NCBI GenBank assembly: GCA_003141245.1
Contig: PLLE01000034.1
Location: 877 to 64,876, forward strand
Length of the DNA stretch: 64,000 nt
Source of the DNA: Chloroflexota bacterium
GTDB taxonomy: Bacteria; Chloroflexota; Limnocylindria; Limnocylindrales; CSP1-4
Direction of reading: 5' to 3'
Under the pieces are notes generated by a model, which did no database searches, was not told the origin of the DNA, and saw only the letters and a program-made list of their open reading frames with translations. The number at the start of each line of letters is the position of its first letter. Positions within the stretch are counted from its first letter, which is position 1. Below are positions 17,740-27,190 of the stretch, in pieces. Position numbers and translations under genes: made by a program.

Positions 17740-18597
17740 CTACATCGACAGCAGCAGCCCGAAGCTCATCGCCACGACGCCGAAGGCGAGGACGCTCTTC
17801 ACGACTGCACCATTGCGCTTGTTCCAGCGGCCGAGGGTGCCAAGCACGCGGCGGTTCGAGACGGCGAGCAGGAAGAGCAGCAGCGGCATGATGAAGGCGA
17901 CGTTGTAGAGCGCCAGAAGCGCGAGCCCCACCGGACCTCCGCCCGAGGCATGCAGGACGGTGATTATCGAGAGGTAGACGGCTCCCGAGCACGGCACGGT
18001 GCAGATTCCTACCAGGACGCCCGCGAGAAGCATCCCGGCCAGTCCCCCTCGCCACATCGCCTTGTTCATCCAGCCGTGCGTGCCCGAGGGCGCCGCCATG
18101 GACGGCCCCCAGCCGGGCAGGAAGACGTCCTTCAGCATCCAAACCGCCATGAGCAGGGCCACGACCGCGGCCACCCGCGCGACGAGGTGATCCTCGCCGA
18201 GCCATGAGAGGAAGCTGAACAGGCCGAGTCCGATGAGAAAGTACGTGATGAAGACCGCGCCCACGTATAGCGAACCCGCGCCGAGCAGGGTCCGGCGTGC
18301 GGATGGTGTGGGCGAGCCATCGGCGGTGACGGCGTTTACAAGCGTCAGCGTGTAGGTCGCGAAGAGCACGAGGAGCGCGAACGCGCAGGGATTGAAGCCG
18401 TCGGCGAAGCCCGAACCCAAGACGATGGGTGCGGTCAGACCGCCGAACCTGGCGGTTTCGAAGGGGACGACGGCGATCGTCCCGAGGGCGACGACCGCCA
18501 CGCCGGCAAGCCCAGCGAACAGCGCGACGGCGGTGCGGGGAAGGCCGTCGCCCGTCGCGAGTGTTACCCAGGTTTTCGCGTCAAGTCGGTGGCTCAC
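17740..18597 (-). CDS. cytochrome c biogenesis CcdA/DsbD-family thiol-disulfide transporter
   Basis: Polytopic membrane protein with ..FADGFNPCAFALLVLFATY.. and ..GICTVPCSGAVYLSI.. (paired Cys motifs of the DsbD_2/CcdA type). Confidence 0.7.
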   Translation of the reverse strand: MSHRLDAKTWVTLATGDGLPRTAVALFAGLAGVAVVALGTIAVVPFETARFGGLTAPIVLGSGFADGFNPCAFALLVLFATYTLTLVNAVTADGSPTPSARRTLLGAGSLYVGAVFITYFLIGLGLFSFLSWLGEDHLVARVAAVVALLMAVWMLKDVFLPGWGPSMAAPSGTHGWMNKAMWRGGLAGMLLAGVLVGICTVPCSGAVYLSIITVLHASGGGPVGLALLALYNVAFIMPLLLFLLAVSNRRVLGTLGRWNKRNGAVVKSVLAFGVVAMSFGLLLSM

Positions 18598-18600
18598 CGC

Positions 18601-19116
18601 CTAAGCCTCGACGCGGAGCGTTCCGTGCATCTTGAGGTTGTCTTTGCCCCCGCAGCAGGAGTCGCACCAGAAGTCGTAGTCGCCGGGAGACGCCGGCGCG
18701 GTGATGGTGATCGTCTTGCGAGACTCGGCGGGAAGCTCGAACCGGACGTTGAGCGCGTCCGAGACGAGTGTGTGCATGCCGTTTGTGAGGTGCATCGATG
18801 CGTCGGTGTTCCACCAATCGATGGTCAGGGTTTCGCCGGGCTTTGCCGTGATCGGGTTCGGATCGAAGCCGTCCATGCTGATCCGCATCGCCAAGGCACC
18901 TGGGGTCGATGGCCTGTCGCGCTGGCCCATGAAGACGGAGCCGGCCAGGTAGATTCCACCACCCAGGATGGCAACGGCAACGACGAGGAACGCCAGCACC
19001 CGGAGCTTGCTGGGTCTCGGCTTCTCGGCTGCCTTGCGATGCTCTCGCTTGGGTGCTACGGCCTTGCCGGCAAGAAGATCGCGCCCACTGGCACGGCGGG
19101 CGGCTCGGCTGGTCAT
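18601..19116 (-). CDS. membrane-anchored cupredoxin-domain protein
   Basis: An N-terminal TM helix is followed by ..ITAKPGETLTIDWWNTD..MHTL.. and ..GDYDFWCDSCCGGKDNLKMHGTLRVEA (Cu-site-like C..C/H..M). Start taken at the internal Met 19116, which forms an ATGA overlap with the upstream stop. Confidence 0.65.
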   Translation of the reverse strand: MTSRAARRASGRDLLAGKAVAPKREHRKAAEKPRPSKLRVLAFLVVAVAILGGGIYLAGSVFMGQRDRPSTPGALAMRISMDGFDPNPITAKPGETLTIDWWNTDASMHLTNGMHTLVSDALNVRFELPAESRKTITITAPASPGDYDFWCDSCCGGKDNLKMHGTLRVEA

Positions 19117-19457
19117 CGGGGCGCGGGGCTGGTCGAGGGTGACGACGATGCGCTCAGGGCCTCGTGCATCGCGTCGTGAATCTGGTCGCACCGCTGGAGG
19201 ATCTGCTGCCGCTGCTCCGGGCTAAGGCCACCCATGATGCCCGGGCCGAAGGAAGAGCCCGGCGCGAAGCTCGCCCCGCCCATCATTCCGTGGCCGCTCA
19301 TCATTCCGCTGCCGCCCATCATTCCGCTGCCACCCATCATCGAGCGATAGCCCGGCGAGGCGGTCGGGTTGGCGGCCAGTGCGGAACTCGTGACGCCGAT
19401 TGCCAGGCCAGCCGCGAGTGCTGCCCCAACCACGAAGCCTGTCCGACGAGTGATCAT
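19113..19457 (-). CDS. secreted Met/Gly-rich protein (putative Cu(I)-binding)
   Basis: Signal peptide (..GAALAAGLAIGVTSSALA), then SMMGGSGMMGGSGMMSGHGMMGG, resembling the Met-rich Cu-binding stretches of PcoE/CopM-type proteins. Confidence 0.55.
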   Translation of the reverse strand: MITRRTGFVVGAALAAGLAIGVTSSALAANPTASPGYRSMMGGSGMMGGSGMMSGHGMMGGASFAPGSSFGPGIMGGLSPEQRQQILQRCDQIHDAMHEALSASSSPSTSPAPR

Positions 19458-19684
19458 GTTCGCGGCTCCTTCTCAGGCTCGAGCACGCGACGGGCCTGCT
19501 CGTATTCGGCGTGGCTGATCTCGCCTCGCGCAAAGCGGGTGCGCAGGATCTCCAATGGCTCTTGCGTGCCCCGGCGCGCGTCAGGCGAGCGGGTGATGAG
19601 CCAGACCATCACGACAAGCGCGAAGATCCAGATTCCCATCCACACCCAGCCTCCAAAGTTCATCTCCCAGCCTGGACCCATCAC
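19454..19684 (-). CDS. SHOCT-domain membrane protein
   Basis: One TM helix plus C-terminal ..LEILRTRFARGEISHAEYEQARRVL (SHOCT signature). Confidence 0.7.
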   Translation of the reverse strand: MMGPGWEMNFGGWVWMGIWIFALVVMVWLITRSPDARRGTQEPLEILRTRFARGEISHAEYEQARRVLEPEKEPRT

Positions 19685-19814
19685 CGAAGACCTCCGTGCC
19701 GGGACTCTTCAGCGAGCGCTCGTCCGGCACCATCGACGATGGGGCAGCTCGGGCCAAGAATCCATGGAGGGAGGCTCAGGCTTAGCTCAAGTTTCGGTCA
19801 AGGCCCCGGGGCGT

Positions 19815-20912
19815 TCAGGCAGCTGGCAGCTCTACCAGAAAGCGCGACCCGCACCCCTGACCCTCGCTCTCCGCCCAGGCTCGACCGCCCATCGCATCGG
19901 CCAGGGCGCGGACGATGGCGAGTCCGATACCGGAGCCACCAAGCGCACGGGTACGGGACGGGTCGATCCGGTAGAAACGCTCGAACACAACCTCAAGCTG
20001 GTCTGGCGCGAGACCCGCGCCCTCGTCGACGACAGCGACGAGGACCTTGGCGCCGTGCACGCGCGCCGAGATGGCGACCGATGAACCGATCGGCGCATAG
20101 CGGATGGCGTTCGAAAGGTAGTTGGCCACGATCTGCGAGACACGGTCGCGGTCGGCACGAGCCAGGGCGGCCGAGGGCAGGTCCAGAGCAAGCGCGATCT
20201 GACGCTCGTCGGCGAGCGGGGTGAAGCGCTCGGCGACGTCACGGCAGACTGCGGCCAGATCGATGCGCTCGATCTTCAGTGACAGCTGGTGTGCCTCTGC
20301 GCGCCACAGCTCCGCCAGCTCGTCCACGAGCCGAGTCAGTCGCGCGGTCTCTGAGCGGAGCAGGCGCCAGGTCTCGTCTTTGGACTCTATGACGCCGTCT
20401 TCGAGGCCCTCCAAGTAGCCATCGAGCGTCGCAAGCGGCGTACGCAGCTCGTGCGCGACATCGCCGACGAGTTGCAGACGGCGACGTTCCGTGGCTTCAA
20501 GTGAACCTGCCATAGCGTTGAAGGTCTGGGCAAGATCGGCGATCTCGCCCTCGCCGGTCTCGGGCACTCGCTCGGCGTAGTGACCTCCGGCGATGCGTCG
20601 CGCAGCGGCGGAGAGGCGGCCGACCGGACCCGCGATCCGACCCGAGACCGCGAGACTCACGACGACTGCGGTCACGACTGCGATGAGCGACGCCGCGAGG
20701 AGGGCGTTGCGGACGGCATCCACGAACGCGGTGCGAGTGGCGTCGCTCATCATCTGGCCCATCGCGTCGCCGGGGGCGTGACCCATGGCTTCGGCGAAAT
20801 AGCCCGGACCGACGAGGCTGACGGCGACCGCCACCGTGCCCAGCGCCGCCCCGGCGACGATCAGATTGGCGATGAGCAGGCGAGCACGCAGCGAGCGAGG
20901 AAGCCGCATCAC
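19815..20912 (-). CDS. sensor histidine kinase (HAMP-HisKA-HATPase_c)
   Basis: Two TM segments, a HAMP region, H-box VGDVAHELRTPLA, N-box ..ANYLSNAIRYAP, G-boxes VVDEGAGL and GGSGIGLAIV. Confidence 0.9.
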   Translation of the reverse strand: MMRLPRSLRARLLIANLIVAGAALGTVAVAVSLVGPGYFAEAMGHAPGDAMGQMMSDATRTAFVDAVRNALLAASLIAVVTAVVVSLAVSGRIAGPVGRLSAAARRIAGGHYAERVPETGEGEIADLAQTFNAMAGSLEATERRRLQLVGDVAHELRTPLATLDGYLEGLEDGVIESKDETWRLLRSETARLTRLVDELAELWRAEAHQLSLKIERIDLAAVCRDVAERFTPLADERQIALALDLPSAALARADRDRVSQIVANYLSNAIRYAPIGSSVAISARVHGAKVLVAVVDEGAGLAPDQLEVVFERFYRIDPSRTRALGGSGIGLAIVRALADAMGGRAWAESEGQGCGSRFLVELPAA

Positions 20913-21607
20913 GACGACCTCAATCGGTAGCCAACGCCGCGAACCGTCTCGACGAAACGAGGCGCCGCCGGGTCGTCCCCGAGCTTGCGCCGAAGGTTCC
21001 CGATGTGGACGTCGACGAGGTGGTCGTCGGCCACGAACTCAGAGCCCCAGACGCGATCGAGAAGGCGCGACCTCGGCACGACAACCCCGGGATCGCTCAC
21101 GAGCGACGCGAGCAGGTCGAACTCGGTAGTGGTCAAGGAGACTGACGATCCATCGACGCTCACCTCGTGGCGACCGGCATCGAAGGTGAGACCGGCGGGA
21201 AGGGGGGCCTGGCGCAGCCCTGTCTGGCGGGATCGCCGGAGCAACGCCTTGACTCGGGCGACAAGCTCGCGTGGGCTGAACGGCTTGACGAGGTAGTCGT
21301 CGGCCCCGACCGTGAGCCCCACGACCCGATCGATCTCCTCCCCGCGGGCGGTGAGCATGAGGACGTAGGTGTCCGAGAATGCTCGGATCTGTCGGCACAC
21401 TTCGAGCCCGTCGAAGACCGGCAGCATGACATCTAGCACGACCACATCAGGCGTCTGGTCACGGACGAGCTGAACCGCGCTCGGTCCGTCGCCAGCGGTC
21501 AGGATCTCGAACCCTTCGCGCCCGAGATAGCCACGGACGAGTTCGACCAGCGGCGGCTCGTCATCGACTACGAGGATGCGCGGAGCTCGGACTGTATCCA
21601 TGTCCAA
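20909..21607 (-). CDS. OmpR-family response regulator
   Basis: Receiver domain (ILVVDDEPP.., PDVVVLDVMLP, ..LTARG, KPF) and winged-helix C-terminus (LTTTEFDLL.., VDVHIGNLRRKL, ETVRGVGYRL). Overlaps the kinase gene by 4 nt. Confidence 0.9.
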   Translation of the reverse strand: MDMDTVRAPRILVVDDEPPLVELVRGYLGREGFEILTAGDGPSAVQLVRDQTPDVVVLDVMLPVFDGLEVCRQIRAFSDTYVLMLTARGEEIDRVVGLTVGADDYLVKPFSPRELVARVKALLRRSRQTGLRQAPLPAGLTFDAGRHEVSVDGSSVSLTTTEFDLLASLVSDPGVVVPRSRLLDRVWGSEFVADDHLVDVHIGNLRRKLGDDPAAPRFVETVRGVGYRLRSS

Positions 21608-21639
21608 AGGGTGGGCGAGAAGCCGCGGGAGCGCAAGGG

Positions 21640-22905
21640 TTACCGGTCGGGGGCCGCCGAGTCGACCTCCTCGTGTCGCGGCCGCATGGACTTGAAGCCA
21701 CGGTAGAGCGCAATGTCGTAGGCGATCTTGAGACCGCCTGCCAGAAGGAATGGCAGGGCCGCGAGGCTGGCGGCACCCAACAGTGGTGCCGCCAGGAGCG
21801 GTGACACCGACGCACCGAGGCTTCGGGCGATGCCGGTGACGCCTGCCGCGGCGGAGCGCTCGTCGGGATCGACAACGGCCATCGTGTAGGACTGGCGAGT
21901 CGGGACGTCCATCTGGCTTATCGAGAAACGGGCCAGCAGCACAATGATTGCCAGCGGCAGCGTCGGCATCAGAGGGACGGCCGCGAGCAGCACGTTGGAC
22001 GGCAGGTGTGTGAAGACCATTGTCCGGACCAGACCGATCCGATCGGCGATCCAGGCGGCGGCGAGTGCCGATATGCCGGCCAGGAGGTTCGCCCCAAAGA
22101 AGACGGCGCCGAGTACCGCGACGTCTGCCCCGAACCGCAGATGGAACCAGTAGGCGACGAGACTCTGCACGACCAGGCCCCCAGCGAACGCGTCAAGCGC
22201 GAAGAGAGCGCTTAGGCGGGCCACGATGCCGCGCGACCGATGCAGTCCGAGCCGACGTGCGATCGAGACATCGGGCGGTCTCACGACCTCGACCTGCGGC
22301 GAGACCAGCCAGAAGAGACCCGCGAGCAGGAGGCCCAGGCAGGCGTAGGCCACGATCACTGCTCGGTAGGCGTCGATCGGCGCGCGACCTCCGGCGATCA
22401 GCGCACCGGCCACTCCCCCACCGACGAGCGCGCCCGTGGCCGTAGCGAACGAACCAGTCAGGTTGAACCAGGCGAAGACGCGCGTGCGGGCACGGTCGGA
22501 GATCGTCTGAGACAGCGAAGCCTGCTCGACCGCTAGGAATGGGCCGACCTCGTTGCCGCTTGGGCTGATGACACCAATCGTCGCAGCCAGGACCAGCACA
22601 GGTAGGGCGCTCGTCGACGCGAAGCCGACGCCCGCCAGGCACATCAGCAGAGCCCCGGCGAAAAGGACGCGGCGACGGCCCACTCGATCCGCATGCGTCG
22701 TGAGCCACAGGGAGATCGCAGCATCGCCGAGCAAGGTGAGGGTCAGCAGCAGCCCGATGGCCGGATCAGGCAGGCCAAGGGCGGCGAGGTATAAGACGAG
22801 CACGACCGAGGCCAGGCCGTAGCCGAACATCCGCACGGCCCGTGTGGCGAAGAGGAGCCGTCCGTCGCGACCGAGGGTCACGGCCGTCGTCGCGGTCTGC
22901 GCCAC
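21640..22905 (-). CDS. MFS transporter
   Basis: 421 aa, about 12 hydrophobic segments, MFS-like loop motif ..HADRVGRRRVL.. Confidence 0.85.
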   Translation of the reverse strand: MAQTATTAVTLGRDGRLLFATRAVRMFGYGLASVVLVLYLAALGLPDPAIGLLLTLTLLGDAAISLWLTTHADRVGRRRVLFAGALLMCLAGVGFASTSALPVLVLAATIGVISPSGNEVGPFLAVEQASLSQTISDRARTRVFAWFNLTGSFATATGALVGGGVAGALIAGGRAPIDAYRAVIVAYACLGLLLAGLFWLVSPQVEVVRPPDVSIARRLGLHRSRGIVARLSALFALDAFAGGLVVQSLVAYWFHLRFGADVAVLGAVFFGANLLAGISALAAAWIADRIGLVRTMVFTHLPSNVLLAAVPLMPTLPLAIIVLLARFSISQMDVPTRQSYTMAVVDPDERSAAAGVTGIARSLGASVSPLLAAPLLGAASLAALPFLLAGGLKIAYDIALYRGFKSMRPRHEEVDSAAPDR

Positions 22906-23343
22906 TCAGGCCGCCCCGACCTCGTGCCGGCACCAGGCGTAGAGAGCGTCGTAGACGGGGAGTTCCAAGGCCAGCTGTTCCTGATCGGGCAGCCCCAGCA
23001 GGGCGAAGCCGTCAGCAAGGGCAAGCAGGCCTGGCGACTGCGGCGTGGCGTCGCGATCCCCGGAAACGTCGGCGCCGTGGACCACGCGAGCCATAAGGGC
23101 CAGCGCGGGGTCCTTGCCCAGGCCGTGTTCCTCGACCAGCACCTCGAACGAGCACAGTCCGTCGCGGTGGGTGTACCGGGCACCCTTCGCGTCGAAGCTG
23201 ATAGCGTCGGTGCGCCTGGCGTACGCCAGGACTTCATCCGCGGGGACGTACACGATCTCGGCATCGGGGTCGATGAACTTGCGGATCAGCCACGGACAGG
23301 CGACTCGGTCCGTATGCGGGTGCTCTCGTGTGACCCACTGCAT
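22906..23343 (-). CDS. chromate-resistance (ChrB C-terminal / Chrome_Resist) domain protein
   Basis: MQWVTREHPHTDRVACPWLIRKFIDPDAEIVYVP.. is the characteristic N-terminus of Chrome_Resist domain proteins. Start taken at the internal Met. Confidence 0.65.
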   Translation of the reverse strand: MQWVTREHPHTDRVACPWLIRKFIDPDAEIVYVPADEVLAYARRTDAISFDAKGARYTHRDGLCSFEVLVEEHGLGKDPALALMARVVHGADVSGDRDATPQSPGLLALADGFALLGLPDQEQLALELPVYDALYAWCRHEVGAA

Positions 23344-23543
23344 CTGCCGCCTCCTTGACCTGTCGCGAAAGTGTGAGGTTGGATGAGCCGCGCGCGGAGG
23401 TTTCGGACTCAAGCGTACGCGCGCGCCTTCCCTCCTGCCCGACCGATCTTCCGCGGCATCGCCGGCGAGTACCGGACCGTCCCCGCCGGGCGGTTCGCGG
23501 TCTGTCGAGCGCGGAACCCCACTTCCTCGTTGACACAGAAAGA

Positions 23544-23566
23544 GGCCCCGGCCGATGGCCGGGGCC
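23544..23566 (-). terminator. intrinsic terminator downstream of the lipoprotein gene
   Basis: Perfect 10-bp GC stem GGCCCCGGCC / GGCCGGGGCC with a 3-nt loop. On the minus strand it is followed by CTCTTTCTGTGT. Confidence 0.5.
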
Positions 23567-23587
23567 TGTGATTGGTCCGAGGGACGC

Positions 23588-24364
23588 TCAGGTCGGGATT
23601 GCGACCGCGTTGGCCGGCGCGGTGATGGCGTTGGCGGCCGCGTCGTTGACGTGGGTCACGTCGAACGAGTAGCCCCAAGTACCGGATTCTCCGCCCGATG
23701 AGGCGCTCCAGCCGTAGAAGCCGCTGACGGGATAGCTACCGTTCTTGGCGACCCACAGATCCGACTGGAAGGTTGCAGCGACGCCTGCCACGGCACCGAG
23801 CGCGCCGAGGGACGAATTCCCCTTGTAGTGGATGCAGTCGACGCCGTTCTTGGTCTCCTCACCCGCGACGGTGAAGTTGCCCGCGTTGGTGTCGAAATCG
23901 GAGCCGTAGTACGCGGTCGGCAGCATGGAGGTCAGAGAGGAGCTGTCGGTCGAGTAGGTCGTATCGACAGTCCAGGTGCTCCCATTGTCGACGGAAGTCC
24001 AACCCTGGCTGCCGATGACGATGATCTGGAGCATGCCGGCGTCGTTGATCTTGTACGACTTGGTCGGCTTGTTGACGACCGTCCCCGAGGTTCCGAAGGA
24101 GCCCGAGTCGGCCGCGGTCGCGGAGGACGAGCTCGCGGAGAACTGCCACGAGAATTGATAGCTGTCGAGGGTGTCGAGGTTCGCGGCGAGGCCGGACGTC
24201 AGCGTGCCGCCAGTGCTGCCAGCGCCGTTTCCGCCATTGGCGCCATTGGCACCACTTGCGTTTGACGTCGAAGCAGCGCTGCCGCATGCCGCGACCACAA
24301 GGGCGAGCATCAGGCTCGCCGCCACAAGGCCGCGTGCCGGCTTGCCTACCAATTCGACCATCAA
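23588..24364 (-). CDS. hypothetical secreted lipoprotein
   Basis: Signal peptide with lipobox LVVAAC, a low-complexity Gly/Asn/Ser linker, then a beta-rich domain without recognisable motifs. Confidence 0.6.
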   Translation of the reverse strand: MMVELVGKPARGLVAASLMLALVVAACGSAASTSNASGANGANGGNGAGSTGGTLTSGLAANLDTLDSYQFSWQFSASSSSATAADSGSFGTSGTVVNKPTKSYKINDAGMLQIIVIGSQGWTSVDNGSTWTVDTTYSTDSSSLTSMLPTAYYGSDFDTNAGNFTVAGEETKNGVDCIHYKGNSSLGALGAVAGVAATFQSDLWVAKNGSYPVSGFYGWSASSGGESGTWGYSFDVTHVNDAAANAITAPANAVAIPT

Positions 24365-24668
24365 GTTCCCTCCGTAAGACGACGATGACCAGATCCGAAC
24401 AGGCTGGCCTTGAGCCGAATCTACCTGAGTGGGCAGGTCACCGGCTGCGGGCGGCTACCTGTCCCGCCAGGCGGCATGGAGGCAGGAGTCTACCGGTGCG
24501 CCGCGCGACCCGCGATTGTCGGGCGCTTGACGGCCGGGGCGGCCTGCCTGCATGATTCGGTCATGGACTCGCACAACAACTCTTGCTTCTGTCCCCGGCG
24601 GCGGCCCCGCCGCAGGAGGTAGCAGGCTGTCTCGCGCTCCCAACGGGAGTCCAGAGAGTCGCCCAGGG

Positions 24669-24702
24669 GCCGCGGTTCCTTTCGGATCCGCGGCTTTTTG
24701 TT
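24669..24702 (+). terminator. intrinsic-terminator-like hairpin with U-tract inside the cysE leader
   Basis: GCCGCGGUUCC-UUUC-GGAUCCGCGGC (11 bp, one mismatch, tetraloop) followed directly by TTTTTGTT. It sits ~105 nt upstream of the cysE start, with no plus-strand ORF ending upstream of it. Confidence 0.55.
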
Positions 24703-24806
24703 ACCCCTCGCGGAGACCGCCGCGCTCGTCCTGAGCGGCTGTCCCGCGTCCCGAGCCGCCAGCGTCCCAACCCGCAGCTCCCGCCCCAGTTCCATCCGAG
24801 GATCCA

Positions 24807-25697
24807 ATGGTTCTCCCGATCAGATCGATCACATCCGCCAAGACCGCCAGGATCGCCCACGACCCGATCGACGGGCTGGCGGCGCGCGTGCATGAGGGAC
24901 TCGCCAACGACCACCAGTCCCACCTCGCCAAGGCGCGCGTCGGCGCGTGGCTCCGGACGCTGCTCGACACGCTCTTTCCGCAGGCCGCGGAGCAGACCTA
25001 CGGCACCGCCAGAGAGGTGCGCGACGCGCTCGACGCCTCGGCGGCGGAGCTGCTATCGCTGCTACGTCCCCTGGAGGGCGAGATCGACGACCCGGCCCGG
25101 GTCGCCGCCGCCTTCTTCCAGGCCCTGCCCGAGATCCACCGCCAGCTGCTCGTGGACGCCACCGCCATCGAGCGGGGCGACCCGGCGGCCGAAAGCGTCG
25201 ACGAGGTGATCCTGGCCTATCCGGGATTCCTCGCCATCGCCGTTCATCGCATCGCCCACCGCTTCTACGAGCTGCGGGTGCCGCTGCTGCCGCGAGTACT
25301 GTCCGAATGGGCCCACGAGCGGACGGGGATCGATATCCACCCGGGGGCGACCCTCGGCCATCCCGTCGTCATCGACCACGGCACCGGCATCGTCGTGGGC
25401 GAGACGGCCGCCATCGGCAACAACGTCAAGCTCTACCAGGGCGTGACGCTCGGCGCCCTCTCCGTAACCAAGTCCCTCGCCTCCACGAAGCGCCACCCGA
25501 CGATCGAGAACGACGTGATCATCTACGCCAATGCCACGATCCTGGGCGGCGAAACGGTCATCGGCGAGGGCAGCGTGATCGGCGGCAACACCTGGATCAC
25601 CTCCAGCGTGCCGCCCAACTCGATCGTCTACCAGCGCAGCGAAGTCCACGTCCGGCAGGGCCGGGCCGACTTCGAAACGCCCGACTTCGTCATCTAG
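24807..25697 (+). CDS. cysE: serine O-acetyltransferase
   Basis: ..RVLSEWAHERTGIDIHPGATLGHPVVIDHGTGIVVGETAAIGNNVKLYQGVTLG.. is a left-handed beta-helix with hexapeptide repeats and the CysE signature. Confidence 0.85.
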   Translation: MVLPIRSITSAKTARIAHDPIDGLAARVHEGLANDHQSHLAKARVGAWLRTLLDTLFPQAAEQTYGTAREVRDALDASAAELLSLLRPLEGEIDDPARVAAAFFQALPEIHRQLLVDATAIERGDPAAESVDEVILAYPGFLAIAVHRIAHRFYELRVPLLPRVLSEWAHERTGIDIHPGATLGHPVVIDHGTGIVVGETAAIGNNVKLYQGVTLGALSVTKSLASTKRHPTIENDVIIYANATILGGETVIGEGSVIGGNTWITSSVPPNSIVYQRSEVHVRQGRADFETPDFVI

Positions 25698-25781
25698 CTA
25701 ACCCGAACCGTCCGGCGTCGGCCGCAGCGTCGACCGCAGCGTCGAGCGGCGCGCGTCCCAATCCCACTCGAGGAGATCCCC

Positions 25782-26726
25782 GTGGCAAAGGCAAATAGCA
25801 TTCTGGAGACCATCGGCAACACCACCGAGCTCCGCATCAACAAGCTCTTCGACCCGCGAGTCGAGGTCTGGGTCAAGCTCGAACGTCAGAACCCGGGCGG
25901 CTCGATCAAGGACCGCATCGCGCTGTCGATGATCGAAGACGCGGAGAAGCGCGGCATCCTCAAGCCGGGCAGCATCATCGTCGAGCCGACTTCGGGCAAC
26001 ACCGGCGTCGGGCTCGCCCTCGTCGCCGCCGTCAAGGGCTACAAGCTGATCCTCGTCATGCCCGAGTCCTTCTCCGTCGAGCGGCGCAAGCTGATGGCCG
26101 CCTACGGCGCGACCTTCGAGCTGACGCCTCGCGAACTCGGCATGAAGGGCGCCATCGCGAAGGCCCGCGAGATCGTGGCCGAAACTCCCGGCGCGTGGCT
26201 GCCGATGCAGTTCGACAACCCGGCGAACCTCGAGGTCCACAAGCGGACGACGGCCGAGGAAATCGCACGCGACTTCCCCGAGGGTCTGGACTACATCTTC
26301 GCCGGCGTCGGCACCGGCGGGCACGTCACAGCGATCGGCGAGGTGCTCCGGCCGCGCTGGCCCAAGCTCCAGGTCTTCGCCGTCGAGCCGGAGCTCTCGC
26401 CCGTACTGAGCGGCGGCAATCCGGGCCCCCATCCCATCCAGGGCATCGGCGCCGGGTTCGTCCCGGGCAACTACCACGCCGACGCGGTCAACGGCGTCGT
26501 CCAGGTGGCGGCTCCGGACGCGTTCAGCTTCGCGCTGCGGGCCGCACGTGAGGAAGGGCTGTTCATCGGCGTCTCGTCGGGGGCGGTGCTGGCGGCGGTC
26601 GCCAAGAAGCTGCCCGAGATCAAGGACGGCGCCCGCATCCTGGCCTTCGCGTACGACACCGGGGAGCGGTATCTCTCCGTCCCGGGACTCTTCGACGTGG
26701 AGCCGGAGGCCGCCGCGGTCGCCTGA
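25782..26726 (+). CDS. cysK: cysteine synthase A (O-acetylserine sulfhydrylase)
   Basis: ..[23 protein letters not shown].. (PLP-Lys motif), [25 protein letters not shown]. Confidence 0.92.
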   Translation: MAKANSILETIGNTTELRINKLFDPRVEVWVKLERQNPGGSIKDRIALSMIEDAEKRGILKPGSIIVEPTSGNTGVGLALVAAVKGYKLILVMPESFSVERRKLMAAYGATFELTPRELGMKGAIAKAREIVAETPGAWLPMQFDNPANLEVHKRTTAEEIARDFPEGLDYIFAGVGTGGHVTAIGEVLRPRWPKLQVFAVEPELSPVLSGGNPGPHPIQGIGAGFVPGNYHADAVNGVVQVAAPDAFSFALRAAREEGLFIGVSSGAVLAAVAKKLPEIKDGARILAFAYDTGERYLSVPGLFDVEPEAAAVA

Positions 26727-27190
26727 CCCGAGACCCCGTCTTCGTTTCGCTCGAGCGGGTGGCCGCTCTCCGTTTCCCGGCCTCGTCTGGGCGCGGAGCC
26801 TCGTGTTGGGCGCGGAGCCCCGTTTGGGCGCCGAATAATGAGTCTCTCACACAACGATAACTGGTTTACTCAGGGCCGCCCGACATCGCGAATCGTGGCC
26901 CCCGGGCCCTATCCGCTGCGTCGCGTGCGGCCGAGACTCCCCGCGCAGGGTCATGGCACGGAGCCGACCCAACGGAATGCGTCCCGCGCGGAGCTCGTCA
27001 TGCGAGCCGAACTTGCCCGCCATTTGGACGTCATTGTCGTGATCTGGACGCTCGCGCTCGTCGTCAGCTTCAGCCTGGTCACGCTGTCGCGCGCGCAACT
27101 GGCCAACGACCAGTGGTCGCACGCTCCCCAGGCGGGTCCGATCTGGGTGGTTCCAGGAGACGCACAGGGAAGCTGACGGCGCGACCGCCT

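Noticed and set aside
26838-27176. 112-aa ORF (or 58-aa version from ATG 27000 with one TM helix) between cysK and the cytidylate-kinase-like gene
   Set aside because: No RBS was recognised, the composition is mixed and there are no motifs. That is not enough to report it as a gene.
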